NCBI GenBank assembly: GCA_033442325.1
Contig: JAWQFM010000004.1
Coordinates: 1,854,926-1,918,925, forward strand
Length of the DNA: 64,000 nt
Source: Salpingoeca rosetta
Taxonomy: Eukaryota > Protista > Choanoflagellata
Reading direction: 5' to 3'
A program made the position numbers and the translations under genes. Under the pieces are notes generated by a model. It was not told the DNA's origin and did not search any database. It saw only the letters and a list, made by a program, of their open reading frames with translations. Position 1 is the first letter of the stretch; each line of letters starts with the position of its first letter. Shown here piece after piece: positions 40,101 to 52,100 of this stretch.

Positions 40101-43100
40101 CGCCGCCTGGCTGCTGCCTCCGAGGGCAGCCAGGTTCAGCAGCGACGCGCGGGACGAGCCTGCAAACAGGCCGACGGCGTGGTCGCTCGGCAGCAGGTGG
40201 ATCACACCGGCCTCTTGCACGTGCGGACCGGAGCGGTCGACGCTCGAGCCAACACCGGCGGCGCGCACGCGCGAGCTGTCAATGCCAAGCAGCAGCGACA
40301 CGGAGGCAGACACCTCCGTCGTCGACGCCTGCATGTTGGTGCGGACCAGTGCCGTGATGGTGAACAGCAGCTGCGTCGTCGTGCTTGCCGTGCCATCCGT
40401 TCCAATCACCTGCACCGCTTCCTCACAGGGAGCGCCTCCAGAGATGGTGCGCGAAGCACACACCGGGTTGATGCTCGGCGTGTCGGCGTTGAAGGCCTCG
40501 TTCATATCCACGCTCAAAATGCGCAGCTCGTTCCCGAGCGTCACAGACGCAGTGAACGCGCCAATGCCAGACTCAGACCGCGCATACACGCCAATCTCAA
40601 ACTGCTCGTTCTCGTACAGCCCACGGGCTGGCAGCACAATCCACAAGTCCTCCGCCAGCACGTCCGTGTTGATGTTCACGTTGGACGGCACCAGCAACGC
40701 CGTCGTCTGCGCAGCCACAGCGCCGCCCGTGCCCTTGACACTGCCCGACGCTGTCACCTGCCGTGTCGACGTCGTCAGGAACCACGCTTCCGGCACGGTG
40801 ATGGACAGCATACAGATGCCGTTGAATGGCGCAGCGCTGTTGGCCGTGCACGACGCCGTCTTGCTCAGCGTCAGTGATCCGGACGGCGTGAACCGCACCT
40901 CCACCGTCGCCGGCTGCGTGTGCACCCTGTTCTCGCTATCCAGCACCCGCGCGGCAATGCGCAGCGTACGGTGCCCGCCGTGCTCAAGCACGTCCTGGTA
41001 CACGCGCTCGTCCACAACAAGCAGCTCGAGCTGCGCCGGCGCAGACGCCTCCACAGACACAGACTCCGTGCGCGTGAAGTTGCCCAGGCCAGCAACAACC
41101 TCAAAGCTGTCCCCAATGCTGGTGGAGTACAGCGGGCCCACGCCAAGCGCAAACTGCTGCAGACCGTCATCGGAAGACAGCAGCGTCTGGCCAGCCGCGT
41201 CAAACGGCGCGGCGCCCAGCGTCGAGAACGATGCCCGCTGTGTGTCTGCCAGAAGCACTTGCACCACCGTACGGGACGTCAGGCGCGTCGTGCCTGCGTC
41301 CTGCACAACAATCTCCACCTCAGACTGGCCCGCAGGCAGCGATGTCGCCGGTTGCGCCAGCACAAGCGCGCGCAAGTTCGTGTCGGTCGTCAAGCGCTGC
41401 AGCGTGAACAGGCTGGACACGGGGCCAAACGCAATCGAAAACGTCAGCTGCGCATTCACGCCAATGTCCGCATCCTCTGCGCCAATGTACACCACCGTTG
41501 CGCCAGCATCCGTGCCAGGATCAACGGCGCCTCGGTACGACGAGCGCGTAAACAGCGGGCGGTTGTCGTTGATGTCCTCAACCTCGATGGTCACCGTCAC
41601 GGTGGAGCTGAGCGAGGGAGTGCCAGCGTCTGCAGCCACCACAACAATCTGGTACTCATCCTGTGTCTCGCGGTCCAGCACCCGCTGCGTGCGCAGCTCG
41701 CCCGTTGTCGGGTTCAGCGTAAAGTCGCTCTGCGTTGTCACAATCGCAAGCGTCTGCAGCTGCGCATTCACACCAGCATCCGCATCCGTCACGGTCAGCA
41801 CGCCAACCAGGTCGCTGCCGGTGCCGTTCTCGGCAACAGAGAACGTGATGGAGGCGGCGCCAAACGATGGCGCGTTGTCGTTGATGTCTGTCAGCTGCAC
41901 AGTCACCGCAACAGAGGCGCTCAGGGCCGCACCAGCATCAACAGGCTGATCCGTGACAGTCACGGTGAACGAGTACGAGGCAGATTGCTCGCGATCAAGC
42001 CCGCTTGGCAGCGACAGCTCGCCAGTCACGGCATCAACAGCGAGGCGCGTGTCGTTGCTCGAGTAGCGAAGCACCGCGTTCGGGCCGATGTCTCTGTCCG
42101 TTGCAGCCACAAAACCGAGGGATGCAACAACCGACTCCTCATCCGCGGTGAACACGTAGGATGCACTGTTGAAGACAGGGGCGTTGTCGTTCGCATCGAG
42201 CACGAAGATTGTCACGTTCACAATGCGGTCAAACGTGGAGGAGCTAACGCGCATGGCGAGGTCGTACCGGTCGCGCGTCTCACGATCCAATGGAGCAGCC
42301 AGCTGGAACTGGGCCGTGGTTGGGTCAACGGTGAACAAGGTGTTGCCAGACCCAAACAGGTCGTAGTTGAGCACTGGCACAGACGTTGCACCATCAAACA
42401 CAGCACCGAAACCAACATTCAATGCAAAGTCCTCGGCAACAGAAAGCTCGATGCCCACGTCAAACAGATCACAGAGATCGCTGCGCATGGAGATGTCGAA
42501 GGTGGTGAAGGGGTTGTAGCCGGAGCCGCGGTAGAGGCCGGCACCAAGCGCGCCAACGCTCACATCAAGCAGGCCGCTAAACTTGTACGGCGGCACAGAG
42601 CTGCCGTCAAGGAAAAACTGCCGCGCAACATTCGTCACCCCGTTCACGTCCGTCGTCACAAGCACAAGCGACAGACCAAGGTCCGCAAGCACAAGCTCCG
42701 TGCGCACCCGCACCTCAAACACCCCGTCGCTGCCGTCCACAAGCTCCGCGCGCCAGTACCCGCCCAGGTACGACGCGCGCACACCAGACTCAACCGTAAA
42801 CGGCGCAGCCTCGCCGCGCTCAAACTCAGACGACAAAAACAGCCCCTGCGACGCTACATTCTCGTGCGCAATGTCAAAGTACAGCAGCGTCTGCGCAGCA
42901 TCAGCGGCAACGTCACCCTTCGCCCGCAGCCGCGCCCGGATCGTCAGCGAGCAGTTCGCCTCCGCATCCGTCACATCAAGCACCTCAACGTCGCTCACAA
43001 ACCGCAGCTGCCGGAAGTTCACCTTGGCCAGGTACGACGAGTCGCGCCCGTCAATCACCCCGTTCAGGTCAGCGTCCATCTGCGCCTCCTGCGTCCCGTC

Positions 43101-46100
43101 AGCAAGCAGCGCAGCCTCAAACGCCATACCCTCGGCGTTGCTGAAGCCGGTCGCAGCATACACAATGTACTGGATCGTGAACCGCACATCGCGCACATCG
43201 AAGATGCAGTTGCCATCGGCGTCACCCGTCTCGCGCGCACGTCCAGTCAGCGACAAGCACTGGCTGTCGTCGCACGGCGGGCTGTCGCACGTTGCGCGGC
43301 GCACACGGCGCTCGCCCGCCATCCACGACGTCGCCGACAATCCACTCTCAGCTCCACCCAGCTTCCTGCTGCTGCTACTGCTGCGACGGCGGCGTGCACC
43401 ACCAGACACAAGGAAGTCAAACGTGCCCGCAACAAACGAGCGGCCCTCGCTGCCAATCAGCACGCCATCCAAGTCGGCCATCGTCGTCACGCGCCCGCTC
43501 AGCATCAGCGCCTCTCCGCCACTCACAGTGTTCAGCACGCGGAACCGGATCACAGCAATCGTGTTCAGCCCAGAGATCCCGTTGCCCTCAAGCGCACCGC
43601 CAAACAGCACCTCGCCAGGCGGATCGTCCAGCGTCGGCACAAGCTGCGAGCTCGATGGCCAGTCAGACCCAGCCACCACAGACACAGCCTGCAGCTTGGT
43701 CGCATCATACAGCACCGTCAGGTCAATCGACCCAAGCTGCGTCGTCCCCGTGTTCACGCGCACGTCAACGTCAAACTCAGCCCCAGCGCTCACCGCGCTC
43801 ACCGCGGGCCCGCTCGTCGCGCCAAGGTCGACATCCTCAGCGGCCGGCGCGAGGTTGCAGAAGAACGTCGCCGACCCGCTCACGCCAACATCCGGCTGCG
43901 CAGTGGCAACAATCGTCACCGCCTCCGGGTCGTTCTGCAGCACCGTCACGCGGCCCGTGCTGCTGTCAACGCTCGCCGCGTCCGTGTTGTCCACGCTGAA
44001 GCTCAGCAGGTTCGGCACAGCAACAACACCGCCGCTCACAACGTTCGGGTACTCCGTGCCGTCGTCAAACCGCACGCCCACGCTCACGTCAGATGTCCCA
44101 ACGCCGGCAACCCCGCTCAGCGTGCTCACAAAGTTCACACGCCCGCTCACGCGCGCGCTGTTCAGCACAGCGCTCACAAACACGGGCGTTGTCCCAAGCG
44201 AAAGCCCCAGGTTGCTCGTGCTCGACGCACCCGCAAACGTGGCGCCCACAACCGCGCTGCCCGTCGTCGCAGATCCTGCACGCGACGCAATGCGCCCGCT
44301 CACAGAGATCACGCTGCCGCCAGACAGCACGCTGAACATGGTCAGCCCAGAGGACGACACGTCGCGCGTCGACCCGTCGGTCAGCGTCAGCACAAGGTTG
44401 AGCCGCGCCTGCTGGTACTCGCCCGTGAGCCCAATCGGCCGCAGCTCCGTCACCGCCCGCGACGTCGAGCCCGCGTAGGTCGGGAACGGCGACGCACTCA
44501 CAGTCACATCCTGCACCTGCACAACCGTCACATCCACAGACGCGGTGATGTTGGCGTGTGTAAACGAGACTGAGATAGTGGCCGTTCCGCTCTGTCCAGC
44601 GACAGGCACGACTTGCCGCGACCCGTCCGTGTTCACTTCAAGCGTCACCAAACCTGCAGGCGTGATGTCATACACCGTTCGGGAGTCGTTGGTGCGGTCT
44701 TGTGCGTCCTGGCCATAGATGAGGTCGACCTCAAGCCGAGTGGACGTTGCGACACCAGCGCTTGCGGCGACGCTGCCAGCGTCGGTCAGCGTGGTTGTGC
44801 CCACAGTGATATCTGCGGCGTCTGGAGCAGGAATGGTCACGGTGACAGCGGCAGTGGCCGAGGCAATGACCGTTTCGTTGTTGCACGTTGTTAGCCACCG
44901 CACAGAAACGAGGTCGCCGCTGCCACTGCCAAACGCGACAACGTTGGCGCCTTGCACGCGCACAGAGCCGGTGTTGAGGGACTCCGTCCTGAGCAGAACA
45001 TCTGCATCGTCAAAGCGCAGCGGCATGACTGCAAAGTCAGTGAACTCCGCTGCTGCGTAGATGACACCACTGTCGCCTTCCAGCGCAAACTCCTGCTGCA
45101 GGGAAGCCGTCGCAAGCAAGTTTGCGCCGACACTAATTGTGCCTGGTGCCGACAATTCGAGGGACGTCACCACGTTTGGCATCAGCCGCGAGACGGTGAC
45201 TGGGTCCGACGAAACCGTTACAGGCGTTGAGCCCACAACCTGCGCATCGGGTCGAACAATTTCAAGCAGGGCCTGCCCTGGAGCAGCACCTTCAACCATA
45301 CCATCAGCAACAGTCATCACAGTGGCGTTGCTGGACGAAAACAGGGCCGACACCAGCGAATCCACACGCACTTCCACGTCGCTCTGCGCATCATATGCAA
45401 ATGCAGCTGTGGCAGTGATGAAAGAGCGCTGGTATCGTTGGGCGCAGGCGTTGTTGGGGTCGAGCCAGTCCTGCACAGCGTTCAGCTCCGCATCCTCAAC
45501 CGTCACAGTCACAGGCAACCGCGGTGCCCACACGCGCACAGAAAACACAAAGCTCAGCGCGCCGCCGCCGTACTCAACTGTCACATCAACCTGTGGCGAT
45601 CGCCCGCCCACAGCACTCGTCAAGTCAACAGAGCTGCACCCTGCACCAAGCACAACAGCTTCCGTATCAGACACGCTGCACCCGCTCAGAGAGCCAGTCG
45701 ACAGCGTCCCAACACTGCCAGACCGGTACAGCCCGCGCACAGAGATGCTGCGGCTCACAGTGTCGCCCGTCAGCACAGCCGTGTTCACAAGCTCAGACTC
45801 TGCAACGTGCGCAAACAGCCCCACAACCGCATCCTCAGCAACATAAATGCCGCCAAAGCTTGCCGGCGCCGAGCTCACGCGCGTCAGCCGGTCCTCAAAC
45901 TCCATCGCCCCGTTGCCCGTCGGGAACAGGTCCTCCCCGCGCACGTTCGTCAGCTCCTCCACAACGCCGTCAATGCGCTGCACGGCATCCAGCGTCGCCG
46001 TGCTCAGCACATCAAACTCAATGCGCACGAGGTCCTCTGCGCTCACAGGCTGCGACGACGCCGTCGACGCATCCTGCAGCTGCCCAAACACCGTCCAGTC

Positions 46101-49100
46101 CTGGTCCGTCGTCGCCGTCGTCTGCAGCGAGAACTTGTCCGTGTTCACCGCCGTCACGCTGCGGATCCGCAAGCCAGACCCCGTCGTCACCTGCATCAGG
46201 AACGTGTCTGTCTGGAACCCGGCGTGGCCAGACACTGTGGCCGTCACCCGGTCCCCACGGAACGCCGTCCCAGACGGGATGCTCATGCGCAGCCCCTGCG
46301 ACACGTCGCTAAACTCACGCTGCCGACGCACGCGCACAGTGCCCAGCGACGTGTGCTCGGCTGTCGATTCCCCATTCAAGTACACAAACACCTCCACGCT
46401 CGGGTCCTCGGTCAGCGCAAGCAGCGACGAGTCCGTGAACCACGCCAGCGGCAGGTTGTCTGCCGTCACCGTGCACATACCCGTGCTTGTGCTCGAGCTC
46501 ACCGTGCAGCTTCCCGTCACCTCCGTGTTGCTGATGCCTGCCAGCGTTGCGTCGGGCACAACCCGCACGCGCACCGTGGCCCCGCTCACCCGCACGTTGA
46601 AGGTGCTGTCGCGGACCTGTGCTGCCACTCGGATGCGCCGGCTGCTCGCCCACACCTCCGTGTCCTGCACAGCACCCACGCGCGTCACAGCCGCTTGTCG
46701 AGGGCGCGAGTATGTCACGGAACTGGTCAGCTGCTCACCAAACGCCACTGAGAGATCTCCTTCACGGGTTGTGTCCATCGGTACAAATGCAGTGAGCGAG
46801 TGCTCAAAGACACCACGGATCGGTGATGTGTCCACGATCTCGGTTTCAATTTCTGCGAAGCCCATTCCCGTCACCGCAACGTCTGGCTTAAGACCCATCG
46901 TCGAGACGGTGGAGAGCGTGATGACCGTAAACCCGGTCCTGGGCGGGGTGCCATGGTCGGTGCCCTGCACCAGGATGGAAAAGAGCGATCCCCGGCCCTC
47001 AAGCACCACGGACGTGCGGATGACGCCTGTGTCTGGGTCGATATCAAAGATCTGCGCAACAACCTCATCCACAATCGAAAACGTGACGCGCGCGTTCTCA
47101 CCAGAGTCTGCATCATTGGCCGTGACGTTCGCCACAATGGAGCCAACTGGGAGCAGCGAGGAGATGTGCGGCTCAAAGTCTGCCACAAGAGCAGGCGCGT
47201 TGTCGTTGACATCGAGCACCTGCAACTGCATGGCAAACCTTGCAGACCGAGGCGGCGTTCCGTGGTCCGACGCCACCACGTCAAACGTAATCAACGCTGG
47301 GCCAGCATCATGGTCCAGTGGCTCCGCAACACGAACAACGCCTGTGGTCGCGTTCACGGAGAACTTGTTGGCCACGGACGGATCGCTGAAGTTAGCCAGG
47401 GAGAAGGTGATGCGAGCGTTGTCGCCAATGTCGCCGTCGGTAGCGCTGACGGTTGTCAGCACCGCAACCTGCCGCTCGACAAGAGAGAACTCGTGGTCTG
47501 TGTTCTGAAACACGGGCGTGTGGTCGTTGGCATCCACCACTGCGATGTTCACTGTAAGGTCAGTGGAGAGCGGCGACGCAGAGCGACCAAGCGTCGTGTT
47601 GTATCGTGGCGTGTAGAGGGGGCTACTGTCGCTGGCTCGAAGCGTGATCGTGTACGAATCCACGTCTTCGCGATCCAGAGGCCGCGTTGTGTTGAGAGCA
47701 CCAGTCACGGGGTCAATCGTAAAGATGCTTTCGCTGTTACCCGCGACAATCTCAAAGAGAATGGCCGCGTTGAAATCAACATCGGCGTCTGTGACCGGAA
47801 TGAACGACACCAACGCGCCAGCTGGCAGATTCTCCGTAATGTTCAGCGGCTGGGGCAAATGCTCAAACACAGGGGCGTGCGTGTTCACATCATACACCGT
47901 GACTATCACAGAGGCGAACGAGTGCAGCGGAGACGCAGCCAGGTCCTGCCCGCGCACGGAGATGTTGAGCACAGCCCACTCGCCCTGCAGAGGCACGAAC
48001 GGCTGAGCCAGAACAATTGTGCCGTTCTGCGAAATGTTGAAACGGTTGTCCGGGTTGTTGGCAAGCGTCAGCTCCACAGTCCCGCGAACGCCCGAGTCCG
48101 CATCTGACACGTTCACCACCGCCACAACCGAGCCCACAGCAAGCGTATCAGGAAGCAGTGCCTCATACCCATCGGGGGTAAACTGAGGCGCATTGTCGTT
48201 GTCGTCCATGACGGAAATCATCACAGATGCAGTCGAGGACAGCGGCACAGGTATTCCCAAGTCGGTCGCAGTCACAGTCAGTGCGTACGACATCGTGGTC
48301 TCATAGTCGAGTGGCTGCTGAATGCTGATGGTTCCCAGCATTGCGTCAATGGAAAACCGCCCTTCCTCGTTACCGCCAGTGATGGAGTATCTCACTTCAC
48401 CACCAACGCCGGTGTCCGCATCAGAGGCAATCAGCTGCGTGAGCACCTGTCCAACAGGCGTCAGCTCAGGCACGGAAATCACGACAGTGTCGCGCACGAA
48501 CACAGGTGCATTGTCGTTGGCGTCCGAGATGCTCAGCGTCAGCGTGAAGGTGATTTCCTGCTCGCTCACGCCGTCCACAGGAACAACGTTGCGCGCCGAA
48601 ACGGTGATGAGGTAGTTGTTGACCACTGTGCGATCAAAAGTCATGGCGTTCAGCAGCTCGCCAGAAGTGGTGTTCAACGCAAGGGCATCGGGAGCGGCAA
48701 CAGGCACAGAACCACCCACGGGCGTAGCAAACACAGACAAGAGGCGGAAGGTGACCTCCGAGTACACATCCGTGTCAGCGTCGTCAGTCTCAAACGTGTA
48801 CACAACAGAGCCCATCGGCGCATTCTCAGGAACTTCCGCGCTTGCTGCGCTCACGAAGAACGGCAGGTTGTCGTTCTCGTCTGTGATCGTAATCACCACA
48901 AACGCCGTCGCGTTGAACGTGCCATCCGTGACAGTTGCTGTCAAATTGTATGAAGGCACCGACTCCCGGTCTGTGGGAAGGGAGGACGTTGTCACAACCC
49001 CCGTTGATGGATCAACAGAAAAGTGTTCGGACCCATTGCCAGACAAGGCGTAGGTGAACGAGGTGCTGTCAATGTCATCGACGGACAGCTGAACAATAAA

Positions 49101-52100
49101 AGCACCAGCTGCCGAGTTCTCCGCGACTGATCCGGTGAAGACTGGCATGGCAAAGAAGACTGGGATGTCGTTCACGTTGACGACGACAATGTCGACAACG
49201 GACGTCGCGCTGCGCTGCGTGCTCACGCCCTGATCGCTCGCCTCAACCACGAGCCGGTACGACGTGTTCCGCTCATAGTCAAGCGCGCCCTCAAGCACAA
49301 TCTCGCCGCTCGTGGCGTTGATTGAAAACAGGCCGCTCGAGTTGTCAGACACAAGCCGGTACTCGAGCGTCCCGCTCGCAGCAGCAACCGCAATCCCGCC
49401 GTACTCAGACCCAGGCACATACCCGAGATCCTGGTCCGTCGCGTTCACGTCAACAACAACCATCCCAACCTCCGCCGTCTCAGACACAGGCACCGTCAGT
49501 GACGCAGGCGCAAACACGGGCGAGAAGAAGTTGAAGCACGTGCCCGTTCCGCGCGTGTTGTCAAACTTCATGTTCGGGCTGTACCCGCCCGACAGCGAGA
49601 TGGTCACGTCGTCAAACGCCAGCGACAGCGCGCTCCCGTAGTCGTACGGCGGTAGCGGGCTGCCAAACACAGCCAGCGTGCGCGCAGGCAGCGTGTTCAG
49701 CTCCCCATCAAGCGTCTTCTGGATCGGGCTCAGCCCAATGCCGCTCAGCTCAATCGGCGTGTACAGCGACACCTGGTACAGCCCGCCCCCGATGCTCGCA
49801 GCCTTCACAATGCCGCCAAAGTGCCCGCTGCCCTTGTTCGTCACAACAACCTCGCCCACAGCGGCCGTGCTCGCGTCAAACGCGGCCTGGAACGCGCTTC
49901 CGCCCTGCGCAGACGTCGCAGCAAAGTCAAAGTAAACCTCCGTCTGCCCGTTCGTGTCAGCCGTGTCACCGGCCTTGAGCACCTCCGCAATCACTGTCAG
50001 CTGGCACCCGTCCGTGTCCTCAGCAACAGTCGTCACGCTCACGTTGCGCACAAACCGCAGCTGCCGGAAGTTGATGCGCGCAAGCACAGACGTGTCCGTC
50101 GGGTCGATCACCCCGTTCAGGTCAACGTCCATCGCATCCAGCTGGAAGTCCTGCAGCGCCGCCTTGATGTTCCCACCGCGCACAGTCGAGAACCCGAAGA
50201 TCTCCTCAGTCAGATACACCTGCAGGAACGCAATGTCGTCCAGGTCAAAGATGCAGTCGCCGTTGGTGTCACCGCTCTGTCGCCGCCCGCCGCACTGTGC
50301 CTCCGTGCACGGCGCCGTCGCGCTGCACTTGGTCGTCACTACGTCCGACGCCCGCCGCACGCGCGCGCTCTCGCTCGCATCGTACCCGGCCAGCCCACCG
50401 CTGCTGCTGCGGCGGCGACGCGCCGTGTCCGTTCGCAGATCGCCAGAAATGAACGCGCGCGGCGACGTCCCAGACGCAGCCGGGCTGCCAATGTCGGTCA
50501 CCGATCCGTCGTTGGCCAGCGTCGTGCCCATCTTCTTCGTCACACCGTACAGCTCAATCACGCCCGTCCCGACAACCTGGAACTGGATCGTCGCCAGGTG
50601 GTACGACGTCGACGCAATCCCGTCCTCGGTCACGCCGCCCAGCAGAATCGTCCCGACAGGGTCGTTCAGCGTCTTCACAAACGTGCCACCGGGCCACGTC
50701 GCCCCAGGCACAACGTCCACCGGCTCAACAATCGATGCGTCGTAGTACACCTCAAGGTCAACGCCACCCAGCACCAGCGATCCCGTGTTCACATACACGT
50801 TCACATTGCGTGTGCCGCTGCCCGTCGCAGGCGCAACAGGAACACCAGTCTTGGAGCCAAGGTCAACGTCGCCAATGGCAGGCGCAAGGTTGCACGCAAA
50901 CGCCGTGCTCCCGCTCACCCCGCCCGCATCCACCGCCGTCGCCGTCACGGTCACCGTCTCGTGGTGGTTCGCAAGCAGCGTCACCTCGCCAGTCGTGCTG
51001 TCCACAGACGCCACCGCGGTGTTGTCCAGGCTGAACGTCACCAGGTTGTCAAACTGCCGGTTGCCCGAGCTGTCAAACACAGACTCGTACCGCGTCCCGT
51101 CGTCAAACTCAACCCCGAGGCGCACAAACGCGCTGCTCGTGCCGCTCTGGCCGCTCAGCGTGCCAACAAACGACACCCGTCCAGTCTGCCGGTTCTCGTT
51201 CAGGATGGCGCTCACAAGCACAGGCGTCGACGTCAGCGTCACCGTCACCGTGTTGTCTGCCTCAAGCCCGGCGTGCACAGCAGAGATGACAACGCTGCCG
51301 CTCGTGCTCGCGCCGTCCCGCGCAACACGCCGCCCGCTCAGCGCCAGCCCCACGCCGCCCACAATGCTGTAGCTCGTCGATCCAGATGGGCTCACGTCGC
51401 GCGTCACGCCGTCTGTGCCCACGAGCTTCAGCTCCAGCTCAGCCTCCTGGTACTCGCCCGTTCCGGAGAGCGCGTTCAGCTCGTCAGCAATGTCGCTCGC
51501 CGACCCAGCATACGAGGGATACGGCCGCGGCACAAGCGTCGCCGTCGACACACCCACAACCTGCACGCTCACCGTCGCCGTCACGCCAACGTGCGTGAAC
51601 GACACGCCGAGCACGCCCGTGCCCGTCAGCCCAGCCGTGTTCGCAACCACAAGCGGCACAGGGCCACTGCGGTCAATCGTGAACAAGCCGTTGCTCTGGC
51701 TCAGGTCATACACCGTGCGGTTGTCGTTGCTGCGGTCAAGCCGCGTGCTGCCGTATACGAGCTCCACAGTCACCGCCGTCGACGTCGGGAACACGTTCGT
51801 GTCCGCAAACGGGCTCGGCAGCCCAGGCGCGCTCGGGTACGTCACCTTCGCGTTCGCCACAGTCATGCTCACAGAGTCGGGGTCCACCAGCGACACGTTC
51901 ACAAAAGCCGTGCCCTGCGCAAGCACCCCAAATCCGCAGCCCGTCGACGGCTCCCACTGCAGCCGCACCAGGTCGCCCGCGCCGTTGCCAAACGCAGCAA
52001 CCTTGTTGGTGTCCGTCACAACAACCGTCGACCGCGCCTTGCTCGTCAGCGAGAGCCCCATCGCCGGCGTCACCTCAAGGCTCGCGCCATCAGAGAACGT

